This document shows, one piece after another, positions 30,217-42,588 of a stretch of 64,000 nt of DNA. The translations under genes were made by a program, and so were the position numbers. The notes under the pieces were generated by a model. The model ran no database searches. It had not been told where the DNA came from and saw nothing but the letters and a program-made list of their open reading frames with translations. How positions within the stretch are numbered: the first letter of the stretch is position 1; every line of letters begins with the position of its first letter. The DNA is from an uncultured beta proteobacterium (GTDB lineage: Bacteria > Pseudomonadota > Gammaproteobacteria > Burkholderiales > SG8-41). The stretch covers positions 144,233 through 208,232 of the forward strand of contig CAVZWF010000005.1 in the NCBI GenBank assembly GCA_963778865.1, written 5' to 3'.

Positions 30217-31288
30217 ATGACGCGATCAGTGATTGCGCGATAGTCCGCGTCGCTGGTGGCGATTGCTGCTGTCGGGCGTCGATGCTGGTGCCGCTCTGCG
30301 GCGCAGTCGCGGAAGCGCGGCGCAGGAGCAGGCGCAGCGGCAACTCACGCAGCCGGGCAACAACTGCGCCGGTGTGGCGCGAGGTGCGCAAGGGCGATAA
30401 TCCCTATCAAACCACGCAGGTGCGCGGCGTCGAAACCAACGTGCTGGTGCAGTCCGCGGGGCAGACATGGCGGCAGTTGCGGCCGCCGGTTGCGCTGGCG
30501 GGCGGATTGTTGATCGTGGCTGCATTGCTGGCCGTGTTTGCGTATTACGAGTGGCGTGGTCCGATCGGCGTGCACGAGCAGCCCACCGGCAAGCTGGTCA
30601 AGCGTTTTTCCGACGCCGAACGTTTGACGCATTGGACGGTGGCGATCAGCGTTTGCATTCTGGGCATCACGGGCCTGATCATTTCGTTCGGCAAATACGT
30701 CTTGTTGCCCATCATCGGCTACACGCTGTTCTCATGGGTCGCGATATTCGCCAAGAACCTGCACAATTTTGTCGCGCCGGTTTTCTTATGCGGCCTGCCG
30801 GTGATGATCGTGCTGTTCATACGCGACAATTTGCCCGAGACCGGCGATCTGAAATGGATGCTCGATTTCGGCGGATTGTTTTCGAAGAGCGAAGCGCGAG
30901 ACGCCGTCCGGCCGCTTTAACCTGGGCGAAAAAGTGCTGTTCTGGCTGGATGGCGTGCGTGCTCGGCATCGTGCTGTGCATGTCGGGCGCCGTCATGCTG
31001 TTCCCGAATTTCGAGCAGGGCCGCGAGCTCATGCAATTGGCGAATATCGTGCATATCGTGTGCGCAATGGTCATGATTTTCCTCGCGAGCTTTCATATTT
31101 ACCTCGGCACGATCGGGACCAAGGGCGCCTACGAGGGAATGCGCACCGGCTACGTGGACGAGACGTGGGCGAAGGAACACCACCAGCTTTGGTACGACGC
31201 GGTCAAAGCCGGCAAGGCGCGGCAGCAATTCGCCGATGACGCGCCCGCCGACGTGCGCTCGCAGGTCGCGCAGGGGCTTAAAGCCTAG
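30217..31288 (+). CDS. fdhC: Formate dehydrogenase cytochrome b (gamma) subunit, at least five frameshifts
   Basis: AAGGGGA RBS then ATG 30217 (MTRSVIAR). Homologous text in ORFs 29508..30920 (NPYQTTQVRGVETNVLVQSAGQTWRQLR...HWTVAISVCILGITG) and 30467..31288 (FHIYLGTIGTKGAYEGMRTGYVDETWAKEHH). Confidence 0.8.
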
Positions 31289-31308
31289 ATGAAGCGGAGG
31301 AGGGGACG

Positions 31309-31598
31309 ATGAAATTGAATAAAGCAATGTTGATTGCGGCACTGTGCGTGGTCGGCACCGGTGCGGTCTATGCCAAACTGCCCGCGCCGCAGTTGACCGA
31401 CGAGCAGAAAGCCAAGGCGGAGGAAACCAAGGCGAAGGCCGCGGAGGCGGCCAAGAAGGACGCCGAAGCGCTGACCAAATCGCAGGACCGTGTCGCCGAT
31501 CGTTACATCAAGGCGCAGAAGGCCAAGGGTATTACGGTCAAGCCCACGCCGATTGCCGCGGCTGCGCCGCGCCGCTCGCCGCGCCGGCCAAGAAATAG
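31309..31598 (+). CDS. Small secreted Lys/Ala-rich protein, one frameshift near 31565
   Basis: Signal peptide MKLNKAMLIAALCVVGTGAVYA, then KAKAEETKAKAAEAAKKDAEALTK. The tail probably follows the ORF 31344..31598 frame (PLAAPAKK stop). Confidence 0.5.
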
Positions 31599-31621
31599 CC
31601 GCTGCCATCGCCCGCATACTC

Positions 31622-31648
31622 GAGCCCGGCTGACGCCGGGCTTTTTTT
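31622..31648 (+). terminator. Rho-independent terminator
   Basis: AGCCCGGC-tgac-GCCGGGCT followed by TTTTTTT, directly after the FDH operon. Confidence 0.7.
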
Positions 31649-31765
31649 CGACTATCGCGCGCGGATTCCGTTAAAATACACCGCTTTGCCAGCAACTTCC
31701 GCGGTGCGCGCGCAGTCTTTCCGCAACGTCGTTTGGATTGTTTTACTCACGCTGATCCCTGTCCG

Positions 31766-32217
31766 ATGAAACCCCGCCACCAACGCATCGCCATCATCGC
31801 CGCGAGTCTCGCCGCACTGGGCGCGGCGAGCGCGCTCGTGTTGAATGCGTTTCAGAGCAATCTCGTGTTTTTCTTCAGCCCCAGCCAGGTGCTCGCCAAC
31901 GAGGCGCCGCGCGGCAAGGTGTTTCGCATCGGCGGGATGGTCGAGGCGGCGCAGTCTTAAGCGCGAAAGCGACGGGCTGACGGTGCAGTTCCGCGTGACG
32001 GACACCGTGCAAGACGATCACCGTCGTTTATACGGGCATCCTGCCCGATCTGTTCAAGGAGGGCAAAGGCGTCGTGGCGCAAGGCCGTCTTAACGCCGAC
32101 GGCGTATTTGCGGCGACCGAAGTGCTTGCCAAGCATGATGAAAACTACATGCCGCCCGATGCGGCGCACGCAATCGAGCAGGCGCAAAAAGCGCAAAAAA
32201 GCGTGATTACGAAATAA
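31766..32217 (+). CDS. ccmE: Cytochrome c maturation heme chaperone CcmE, two frameshifts
   Basis: [18 protein letters not shown] anchor. RIGGMVE...LTVQFRVTD...[17 protein letters not shown]...[10 protein letters not shown] (HxxxY heme site). Confidence 0.85.
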
Positions 32218-32228
32218 AGGGCGTCGAC

Positions 32229-34209
32229 ATGGTTCCGGAAATCGGCCAATTTGCATTGATACTCGCGCTGCTGCTCGCGTTCACGCAGGGCGTGCTGCCG
32301 ATCGTCGGTGCCGCGCGCGGCAATCGCCGCGTGGATGGCGCTGGCGCGTCCCGCGGCGCAGGGGCAGTTGACGTTCGTGGCGATTGCATTCGGTTGCCTC
32401 GCGTGGTCGTTCGTGCACAACGATTTTTCGGTGCTCAACGTCGCCACCAATTCCAACTCGCAATTGCCGCTGCATTACCGCTTCGCCGCGACGTGGGGGT
32501 CGCACGAGGGCTCGCTGCTGTTATGGGTGCTGATGCTCAATGTGTGGACCGTCGCGGTAACGGTGTTCAGCCGTCATTTGCCGACGCCGCTGGTCGCACG
32601 CGTGCTCGGCGTGATGGGGCTGGTCGGCGGTCGGTTTCATCCTGTTCATGCTGTTGACGTCGAATCCGTTCGAGCGCTTGTGGCCGGCGGCGGCCGATGG
32701 CCGCGATCTCAATCCCTTGTTGCAGGATCCCGGCATGGTGATCCATCCGCCGATGCTCTACATGGGCTACGTCGGTTTTTCCGTTGCGTTCGCGTTTGCG
32801 ATCGCGGCTCTGCTGGGCGGCCGGCTCGACGCGACGTGGGCGCGCTGGTCGCGCCCATGGACGACCGCCGCATGGTGCTTTCTTACCATTGGCATCATGC
32901 TCGGCAGCTGGTGGGCGTACTACGAACTCGGTTGGGGCGGCTGGTGGTTCTGGGACCCGGTCGAGAACGCGTCGTTCATGCCGTGGCTGGTCGGCACCGC
33001 GCTGATGCATTCGCTGGCGGTGACGGAGAAACGCGGCGGCTTCAAGAGCTGGACGGTATTGCTCGCGATCTGCGCGTTCAGCCTGAGTTTGCTCGGCACG
33101 TTCCTGGTGCGTTCCGGCGTGCTTACTTCGGTGCATGCGTTCGCGACCGACCCCAAGCGCGGCATCTTCATACTTGCGTTTCTGGCCATCGTGATCGGCG
33201 GCTCGCTGATACTGTTCGCCTGGCGCGCGCCGCGTGTCGGGCTCGGCGGCGGCTTTGGCGTGGTCTCGCGCGAATCGATGCTGCTCACCAACAACGTACT
33301 GTTGCTGGTGGCCGCGGGCGCGGTTTTGCTGGGCACGCTGTACCCGCTGTTTCTCGATGCGCTGGACCTCGGCAAGATATCCGTCGGGCCGCCGTATTTC
33401 GAGAGCGTGTTCGTGCCGCTGATGACGCCGGCCTTGTTCCTGATGGGAATAGGACCGCTCGCGCGCTGGAAAGAGGCTGACGCTGCCGGATCTGGTGGCG
33501 CGACTGAAGTGGGCGTTTGGCGTTAGCTTGGCGACTGCGCTGTTGTTGCCTTTTGTCATCGGCGATTGGTCGCCGCTCGTGAGCTTCGGCCTGCTGGTTG
33601 CAGCGTGGATCCTGGTCACGGCCGCCTTCAATTTGCGCGAGCGGCTCGCGCTAGCGCGCGGCGACTGGCTGGCGCGGATGCGCGAGTCAGCCGCGCGGCT
33701 ACTTTGGCATGCTGATCGCGCATTGCGGCGTTGCCGTGTTCGTCATCGGCGTGACGCTGGTGAAAGGTTATGAGACGGAGCGCGATCTGCGCATGGCGGT
33801 CGGCGACAGCGTCACGGTGGGCGGGTATGCGTTTCGTTTCGATGGCGCGGGGGACGCGCTAGGACCGAACTATCGCGCCGCGCGCGGCAACGTCACCGTC
33901 AGCCGCGACGGCGTGGTGCTCAAAGTGTTGCATCCGGAAAAGCGTCTGTATAACGCGCAGCAGATGACGATGACGGAAGCGGCAATCTCGTCAGGACTGT
34001 TCGGCGATATTTACGTATCGCTCGGCGAGCCGGTTGATAACGGCGCATGGAGTGTCCGCGTTTATCACAAGCCGTTCGTGACATGGATCTGGGGCGGCTG
34101 CCTCATCATGGCGCTCGGCGGGTTGGTCGCGCTGACAGACCGGCGCTATCGCCAGAGCGCGCGCAGCGCAGCGGAAGTAATGCCCGCTGCCGGCAAGGCC
34201 GTGGCGTGA
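32229..34209 (+). CDS. ccmF: Cytochrome c heme lyase subunit CcmF, four or five frameshifts
   Basis: ORFs 32229.., 32308.., 32648..33526 ([21 protein letters not shown] motif), 33495.. and 33709..34209. Confidence 0.9.
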
Positions 34210-34213
34210 AGGC

Positions 34214-34760
34214 ATGAGCCGCTATTTGATTCCATTTGCGCTGTTCGTCGCGCTGATCGTGTTTCTCGGCGTCGGCCTGGGACTCAATCCGCGCGAAGTG
34301 CCGTCGCCGCTCATCGGCAAGGCGGCGCCCGCGTTCCAACTCGCGCAATTGCATCATCCCGAGCGCACGTTTACGCATAAAGATATGCTCGGCGAGGTGT
34401 GGTTGCTTAACGTGTGGGCGTCGTGGTGCGTGTCGTGTCGCGAGGAACATCCGCTGTTGGTGGAACTCGCTAGGAGCAAGTCGGTGAGCATTCAAGGCCT
34501 TAACTACAAAGACAAGCGCGACGACGCGCTCGCCTGGCTCAGGCAGTTCGGCGATCCCTACAACCTTAGCATCAGCGACAGCGACGGACGGGTCGGCATC
34601 AACTATGGCGTTTACGGCGTGCCTGAAACATTTGTGATCGATAAGTTCGGAGTCATATGCTGACAAGATTATCGGCCCGGTCACCCGCGAAAAGCTCAAC
34701 GAAAAAATTCTTCCCCTGGTGCAGAAATTGCGGCAGACGGAGCGGCAATCGTGCGCCTGA
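34214..34760 (+). CDS. ccmG: Thiol:disulfide interchange protein CcmG/DsbE, one frameshift near 34655
   Basis: ORF 34214..34663 with WASWCVSCREEHP (CxxC). The tail IIGPVTREKLNEKILPLVQKLRQ is in a shifted frame. Confidence 0.85.
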
Positions 34761-35220
34761 TCGCGGCTTTCGTTTTGTGGCTGCCGCTTGCTGTCGGCGC
34801 GCAGACAGCGCAACCGACGCCGGACGACCCGGTGACCAACCGGCGCGCGGTGCAGCTTGCGGAGCAATTGCGCTGCCTCGTCTGCCAGAACCAGTCGATC
34901 GCGGATTCGCATGCTGAACTCGCGGTCGACCTGCGGGGCCAGATTCGCGAGCAGATCGCTGCAGGGCAAAATCCGACGCAGCCATCGTCGACTTACATGG
35001 TCGAGCGTTACGGCGAATTCGTGCTGTATCGTCCGCCGCTCAGGGCCGCCACCGCGCTCTTGTGGTTCGGGCCGCCGCTATTGCTGCTCGTGGGCTTCGT
35101 CCTGCTGATGCGCTATGTGCGTGCGCGGCGTACGCGCGTCGAGCGGCGAACCTTTGACCGATGAGCAGCGCCGCGCCGCGCGGGCGCTGCTTGTCCGGTG
35201 GCGAGGACGGTCAGCGATGA
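34751..35220 (+). CDS. ccmH: Cytochrome c maturation protein CcmH, C-terminal frameshift
   Basis: ORF 34751..35164 with the LRCLVCQNQSIADS motif. The tail LTDEQRRAARALL is in the ORF 35115 frame. Stop overlaps the ccmI ATG (ATGA at 35217). Confidence 0.8.
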
Positions 35221-36491
35221 CCGAGTTCCTGCTGGTCGCGGCGGTGCTGGCCGCCGTTGCCCTGGCGTGGGTGTTGCCGGTCTTGTGGCGTTCGCGCCAT
35301 GACGAACCGACTGCGCGAGCCGAGGCGTCCAATCTTGCGATACTGCAGGACGGCTTGACCGAACTCGAACGCGATCTCAAAAACGGCACGCTGTCGGCCG
35401 GCAGTACCAGCCGGCGCGCGAGGACCTCGAGCGGCGCGCGCTGGAAGAAGCAAGCGCCGCCAGCGCCGCGCGGCCGCAGTCACCCGCGCATACGCGCCGG
35501 ACGGTGGCAGTTCTGGCGCATGTCGATCCCGCTATGCGCGGCAGGACTTTACTGGCAATTGGGTAGTCCGGCAGCCGTAGGGTGGAGTACGCCCAGCCGC
35601 CGGCGGCGGCGACTTTTCGCACCAGCAGTTCGAAACCATGGTTGCGCAACTGGCGCAGCGGATGGAGAAGAATCCGGACGATGCCAACGGGTGGGCGCTG
35701 CTGGCGCGATCCTACGCCGCTCTTCAGCGCTACCCGGAAGCGGCGAACGCTTATGCGCGCGCGACGGCGCTAGTCAAGGACGACGCGGAGTCTCTTCGCG
35801 GATTATGCGGATGCTCTGGCGATGGCGCAAGACCGGCGTATCGACGCCAAGGTCATGCAGATCATCGAGCGGCATTGCGCATCGATCCGCAGCAGTGGAA
35901 GGCGCTCGCCCTGGCGGGTTCGGCCGCGTTCGAGCGCAAGGATTACAAGACGGCGATCGGTTACTGGCAGAAACTGCAAAGCCGCGCCGAACCGGGCTCC
36001 GAGCTGGCGCGCGAAGCGGCCGCGAATATCGAAGAGGCGCGCCAGCTGGGCGGAATCAAGGTGCTGGCCACGGCGCAGAGCGGCAGGCCGGACGCCAAGC
36101 CCCAGGTGCAGGCACGCAGATGCCAAGCCGCGCGCGCAGACGGCCAACGCAAGCGTGGACGGGCAGCGTGACGCTCAGTCAGAAGCTCGCCGGCAACGCA
36201 GCGCCGACCGATACCGTATTCGTGTTTGCGCGTGCGGCTGAAGGACCGCGCATGCCGCTCGCCATCCTGCGTTTTCAGGTCAAGGATCTGCCGGCGAAAT
36301 TTCATCTCGACGACAGCCTCGCCATGTCGCCCGCGATGAAACTGTCGAATTTCCCGGACGTGGTGATCGGCGCGCGGGTTTCGAAATCCGCCAACGCGAT
36401 GCCGCAAGCCGGCGATCTGCAGGGCAACAGCAAGCCGGTAAAGGTCGGCGCGACGGGAATCGCCGTCGTCATCGATCAAGTCGTGCCCTGA
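35217..36491 (+). CDS. ccmI: TPR-containing cytochrome c maturation protein CcmI, at least four frameshifts
   Basis: MTEFLLVAAVLAAVALAWVLPVLW anchor. TPR text in ORF 35638..36171 (NPDDANGWALLARSYAALQRYPEAANAY). C-terminal domain in the ORF 35115..36491 tail. Confidence 0.7.
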   Translation: MTEFLLVAAVLAAVALAWVLPVLWRSRHDEPTARAEASNLAILQDGLTELERDLKNGTLSAGSTSRRARTSSGARWKKQAPPAPRGRSHPRIRAGRWQFWRMSIPLCAAGLYWQLGSPAAVGWSTPSRRRRRLFAPAVRNHGCATGAADGEESGRCQRVGAAGAILRRSSALPGSGERLCARDGASQGRRGVSSRIMRMLWRWRKTGVSTPRSCRSSSGIAHRSAAVEGARPGGFGRVRAQGLQDGDRLLAETAKPRRTGLRAGARSGREYRRGAPAGRNQGAGHGAERQAGRQAPGAGTQMPSRARRRPTQAWTGSVTLSQKLAGNAAPTDTVFVFARAAEGPRMPLAILRFQVKDLPAKFHLDDSLAMSPAMKLSNFPDVVIGARVSKSANAMPQAGDLQGNSKPVKVGATGIAVVIDQVVP

Positions 36492-36552
36492 ACGAACTGC
36501 GTTCGCCGCGAGCTTGCGATCGCACGCACGTGCATGCGCACCGGGTGATTAA

Positions 36553-36768
36553 TCACCGCCGTCGCGCACGCGGATATGCTTGACGCAGGCCCAGGCTATT
36601 CCGCGCGCGACACGGGACCTCGCAGTGCGCGCAGCGCGGCGCGATGGCGCGCGGTCGAGCAGATACAATTTCAAGCGCGATGCACGCCGCCGTGACGCCA
36701 AACGATCCCCAGACGAAGCCCGCATAGCCGCCCATCGCGAGAAACGCCGATACGCTGCCCCAGTTCAC
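36553..36768 (-). CDS. ccmD: Heme exporter protein CcmD (end uncertain)
   Basis: GTG overlaps the ccmC stop (GTGA). VNWGSVSAFLAMGGYAGFVWGSFGVTAACIALEIV is a typical single-TM CcmD. Confidence 0.6.
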   Translation of the reverse strand: MNWGSVSAFLAMGGYAGFVWGSFGVTAACIALEIVSARPRAIAPRCAHCEVPCRARNSLGLRQAYPRARRR

Positions 36769-37506
36769 GGTTGCCGCTCCTTCAAGTCTTTCACCCATTC
36801 GCTGTTGCGCTCGCGCTCGAGAATGATGGAACGCAGGCGCATGAGCATCACGGCGATGCTGTACATCCAGAACGCGAGCGCCATCAGCAGCATGCCGACC
36901 AGCATGGTTTTGGCCATGGTCGGGCTCTTCGTGAGGCTGACGGACGCGCCCTGATGCAGCGTGTTCCACCACTTCACGGAGAAATAAATGATCGGCACGT
37001 TGATGACGCCGACCAGCGCGATCACCGCCCCCGCCTTGTCGGCGCGCCGCGGATCGTCGATCGCCGCCTGCAGCGACATGAAGCCGAAGTAGAGGAACAG
37101 CAGGATCAGTTCGGAGGTCAGGCGCGCGTCCCACACCCACCACGTGCCCCACATCGGCTTGCCCCACAGCGAACCGGTCCACAGCGCGACGAAAGTCATC
37201 ATGGCGCCGGTCGGCGCGAGCGCCGACGCCACCATCGACGAGAGGCGCGTGTTGAATGCAAGTCCGACGCCGGCCCAGAACGCCATGACGATGTAGATGA
37301 ACATCGACATCCATGCGGCGGGCACGTGGATGAAAATGATGCGGTAGGCCTCGCCTTGCTGGGCGTCGGTGGGCGCCACGAAAAAGCTGACGTAGGTTCC
37401 GCCAATCGCGAAGCAGCGCCGCGGCGGCGAAGAACCACGGCGTGAGCTTGCCCGCCAGCGGATAGAAGCTGGCCGGCGAAGAATACTTGAACCAGTTGAT
37501 CGTCAC
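36765..37506 (-). CDS. ccmC: Heme exporter protein CcmC, one frameshift near 37400
   Basis: ORFs 36553..37575 (VTINWFKYSSPASFYPLAGKLTPWFF) and 36765..37379 (WGKPMWGTWWVWDARLTSE WWD motif). Confidence 0.85.
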
Positions 37507-37535
37507 AGTTGTCTTTGCCCGAATCGTCTGTTTGT

Positions 37536-38219
37536 CTATTCGACTGCAATACGCAGGGAAACCGCCGTCGCCCACGGCGCGAATACCAATGCCGCCAGCA
37601 GAAACGCGCCGAGCAGCGACAAATGCGCCGCCGCACCCAGGCCCGCCGCGGTTGCTTCGACCGCGCCGGCGCCAAAAATCAGCACCGGCACGTACAGCGG
37701 CAGCACGAGCAGCGACAGCAGCGCGCCGCCGCCGCGGACCCCCAGCGTGAGCGCGGCGCCGACCGCGCCGATCAGGCTCAGCGTCGGCGTGCCCAGCAGC
37801 AGCGATGCTAGCAGAACCAGCAGCGCATCGGCATCGAGATCGAACTGCAGCCCCAGCAGCGGCGCGATCACGACCAGCGGCAGTCCCGTTGCGAGCCAGT
37901 GCGCGGCGATTTTCGCCAGCACGAGCAGCGACAGCGGGTGCGGCGCGAGCACCATCTGTTCGAGGGTGCCGTCGGCATAATCGCCGGCAAACAGGCGCGC
38001 GAGCGCAAGCATCGAGGCGAGCAGCGCCGCCACCCAGACCACACCGGGCCCGATCAGGCGCAACAGCGCGGCATCGGAACCGACGCCCAGCGGAAAGAGG
38101 CTCGTCACGATCACGAAGAAGATCAGCGTGGTCAGCAAGTCAGCGCGATGGCGCATTGCGCACAGCAGATCGCGGCGGGCGACGGCGCAAATCGCATCCC
38201 ACAGACGCGGCCGGCTCAT
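37536..38219 (-). CDS. ccmB: Heme exporter permease CcmB (intact)
   Basis: 227-aa intact ORF with typical CcmB text (FPLGVGSDAALLRLIGPGVVWVAALLA). Confidence 0.9.
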   Translation of the reverse strand: MSRPRLWDAICAVARRDLLCAMRHRADLLTTLIFFVIVTSLFPLGVGSDAALLRLIGPGVVWVAALLASMLALARLFAGDYADGTLEQMVLAPHPLSLLVLAKIAAHWLATGLPLVVIAPLLGLQFDLDADALLVLLASLLLGTPTLSLIGAVGAALTLGVRGGGALLSLLVLPLYVPVLIFGAGAVEATAAGLGAAAHLSLLGAFLLAALVFAPWATAVSLRIAVE

Positions 38220-38840
38220 GATCCGAGTTCCACGCGCCGCGCGACGCGGGCGGCAATCGGAACTTCCTGATGCGTGGTCAGCACCACCATGCCGCCTGCG
38301 TCGAGATGCGCTTCGAGCAATTCCCGCGTCAGCACCAGTGCGGCGGCGTCGAGCGCCGTGAACGGTTCATCGAGTATCCACAGCGCGCGCGCGGCGCACA
38401 GGCTTAACCGGGCCAGCGCGACGCGGCGGCGTTGTCCCTGCGACAGGGCCTTGCACGGCAAATGATGCAATTCACGAATGCCAAATTTGTGCAGCGCCGC
38501 ATCGATTTCGGCCGGCCCGTCGGGCAGGCCACCGGCGCAGCGCGGAGAACTGCAGATTCTCGCGCGGCGGTCAATTCGTCTTTTACCGCGCTTAAATGCC
38601 CCAGATAGGCGATGTGCGCGCGATATTCGTCGTCCAGCGCGCTGAATATCGCGGCCACACCAGCTGATGGTGCCGGCGGCGGGCGGCAGCAAACCGCACA
38701 GATTGCGCAGCAAGCTTGTTTTGCCGCTGCCATTGGGGCCGCGTACTTCCAGGAGCGTATGCGGCGCCACCGCGAAGTTCGAGATCGGTAAACAGCCGGC
38801 GTTCGCCGCGCACGCATTCCAGGTGAGCTATCTCAAGCAT
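38216..38840 (-). CDS. ccmA: Heme exporter ATP-binding protein CcmA, about three frameshifts
   Basis: ORFs 38592..38840, 38216..38770 (RGPNGSGKTSLLR; LSQGQRRRVALARL; WILDEPFTALD) and 38404..38817. Confidence 0.85.
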
Positions 38841-38936
38841 GTGGCCGCGCCCATCCGCGGGCTCAGGAGGTCATGGACAGCGCGCGATGATACCTTACTT
38901 GAGCGCGCGGCGTGTGCGGATGAATTTGATTGTCCT

Positions 38937-38950
38937 TGATGTAGATCAAC
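38937..38950. promoter_or_regulatory. Perfect FNR/CRP-family box TTGAT-GTAG-ATCAA
   Basis: Exact match to the E. coli FNR consensus TTGAT-N4-ATCAA. A TAGCAT -10-like hexamer at 38972..38977 places the box centre about 40 bp upstream of a predicted rightward start (class II geometry) for the malic enzyme operon. Confidence 0.55.
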
Positions 38951-39072
38951 CTGTCGCGATGGCGGTGTTTTAGCATGAACACCGATCAACGGCGCGCATT
39001 GCGGAACGTCAGACGCGTTCCCTATGCAGAGTCGGTGGTCACTGAATCGCCATCAGAGGAGATACCCAGATC

Positions 39073-40718
<1,646 letters not shown>

Positions 40719-40743
40719 CATGACGGTCATCCGGAGTACGGAC

Positions 40744-41331
40744 ATGATGTTCCAGGTGCGCATACACGGCAGGGGCGGACAGGGCGTGGTGTCGGCGGCT
40801 GAAATGCTGTCGATGGCGGCGTTCGACGAGGGCCGTTACGCGCAGGCGTTTCCGAGTTTCGGTTCGGAGCGCATGGGCGCGCCGGTCATGGCGTTCTGCC
40901 GCATCGACGACAAGGAGATCAGGCTGCGCGAGCCGGTGTTGAATCCCGACGCGCTGATCATCCAGGATCCGACGTTGCTGCATCAGGTCAATCTGTTCAG
41001 CGGCGTGCCGCAGGGCGGTTATATCCTGATCAATTCCACGCGCAGTTTCGACGAACTCGGCATCGGCGAATTCGTGCGCAATTTCGATCATCACCACCTG
41101 TGCACGGTGCCGGCGACCGAACTCGCGCTGAAGCATGTCGGGCGGGCGCTGCCGAACGCGGCGCTGCTCGGCGGATTTGCCGCCATCAGCGGGCAATTGC
41201 AATTCGATTCGGTCGCCAAGGCCATCCAGGCCAAGTTTCCGGGCAAGGTGGGCGCAGCCAACGTCGCGGCGGCGCGGGCGGCCTATGAATTCACGTTGTC
41301 CGCCATCAACGCAGGAGCAGCCCATGCTTAA
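40744..41331 (+). CDS. 2-oxoacid:ferredoxin oxidoreductase gamma subunit (intact)
   Basis: MMFQVRIHGRGGQGVVSAAEMLSMAAF...FPSFGSERMGAP is typical of Por/Vor/Kor gamma subunits. Confidence 0.8.
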   Translation: MMFQVRIHGRGGQGVVSAAEMLSMAAFDEGRYAQAFPSFGSERMGAPVMAFCRIDDKEIRLREPVLNPDALIIQDPTLLHQVNLFSGVPQGGYILINSTRSFDELGIGEFVRNFDHHHLCTVPATELALKHVGRALPNAALLGGFAAISGQLQFDSVAKAIQAKFPGKVGAANVAAARAAYEFTLSAINAGAAHA

Positions 41332-42579
41332 GCAAATGGAAGGCTCGCTCGCCGTCGCGCAAGCGGTCGCCTTGTGCCGGCCGGAAGTGATTTGCGCTTA
41401 TCCGATCACGCCGCAAACGCATATCGTCGAAGGCTTGGGCCAGATGGTGAAGAACGGCGAGCTCGAGAATTGCGAGTTCATCAACGTCGAATCCGAATTT
41501 GCCGCGCTGTCGGTGGCCATCGGCGCATCGGCCGCCGGCGCGCGCAGCTACACCGCCACCGCGAGCCAGGGCATCCTGTTCATGGCGGAAGCGGTCTATA
41601 ACGCGGCGGGCCTCGGGCTGCCTATCGTCATGACCATCGGCAACCGCGCGATCGGCGCGCCGATCAACATCTGGAACGATCATTCCGACAGCATGGCGAT
41701 GCGCGACGCGGGCTGGATCCAGCTGTACGCCGAAACCAACCAGGAAGCGGCGGACCTGCACATCCAGGCGTTCCGGCTGGCCGAGGAGTTGTCGTGCCCG
41801 GTGATGGTGTGCGTCGACGGCTTCATCCTGACCCACGCTTACGATCGCGTGGACATGCCGGACCAAGCGCAGGTCGACGCCTATCTGCCGCCGTTCGAGC
41901 CGGTGCAGGTGCTCGATTGCAACGATCCCGTGTCGATCGGCGCGATGGTCGGGCCCGATGCATTTTTCGAGGTGCGTTATCTGCAACATCACAAACAGCA
42001 ACGCGCGCTTGAGTTGATACCGCAGCTGGCGGCGCGAATTCAAGGCGCAGTTCGGGCGCGACTCGGGCGGGCTCATACGCAGCTTACCGCTGCGAAGACG
42101 CGGAAACGATCGTGGTCGCGCTGGGCTCGCTCGTCGGCACGATCAAGGACGCCGTCGACGAAGCGCGCGCGGGCGGGCATCGCATCGGCGTGGTGTCGAT
42201 TTGCTCGTTCCGGCCGTTTCCGCTGGCGGAGGTGCGCGCGGCGCTGGCGTGGGCGAAGCGCGTCGTCGTGCTCGAAAAATGCCTTGCCGTCGGCATCGGC
42301 GGCATCGTCTCCGACGGCGTGCGCAAGGCGCTGTCGGGAATCCAGCTGAATGGCTACACCGTGATCGCGGGACTCGGCGGCCGTGCGATCACCAAGCAAT
42401 CGCTGCTCAACCTGTTCGGGCGCGCATCGCGCGACGAGCTCGAACAGCTGAATTTCCTCGACTTGAACTGGGACGTCGTCAAGCGCGAACTCGCGCGCGG
42501 CAGGCAGCAGCGCCGCGCCGGTCCGAGCGCCGAAAACATTTTGCGCGACCTGGGTCAGGCCGCGGCGCGCATTGCTTAG
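41324..42579 (+). CDS. 2-oxoacid:ferredoxin oxidoreductase alpha subunit, two frameshifts (about 42034 and 42084)
   Basis: AGGAG RBS then ATG 41324. MLKQMEGSLAVAQAVALCRPEVICAYPITPQTHIVE. ORFs 41135..42349 and 42112..42579. Confidence 0.85.
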
Positions 42580-42588
42580 GAATCGATC

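Noticed and set aside
29508-30920. 470-aa ORF spanning the fdhB 3' end, the lipoprotein gene and fdhC
   Set aside because: This is a composite of an out-of-frame read of fdhB, the lipoprotein gene and part of fdhC. fdhC has its own RBS and ATG at 30217, and the true text changes frame several times.
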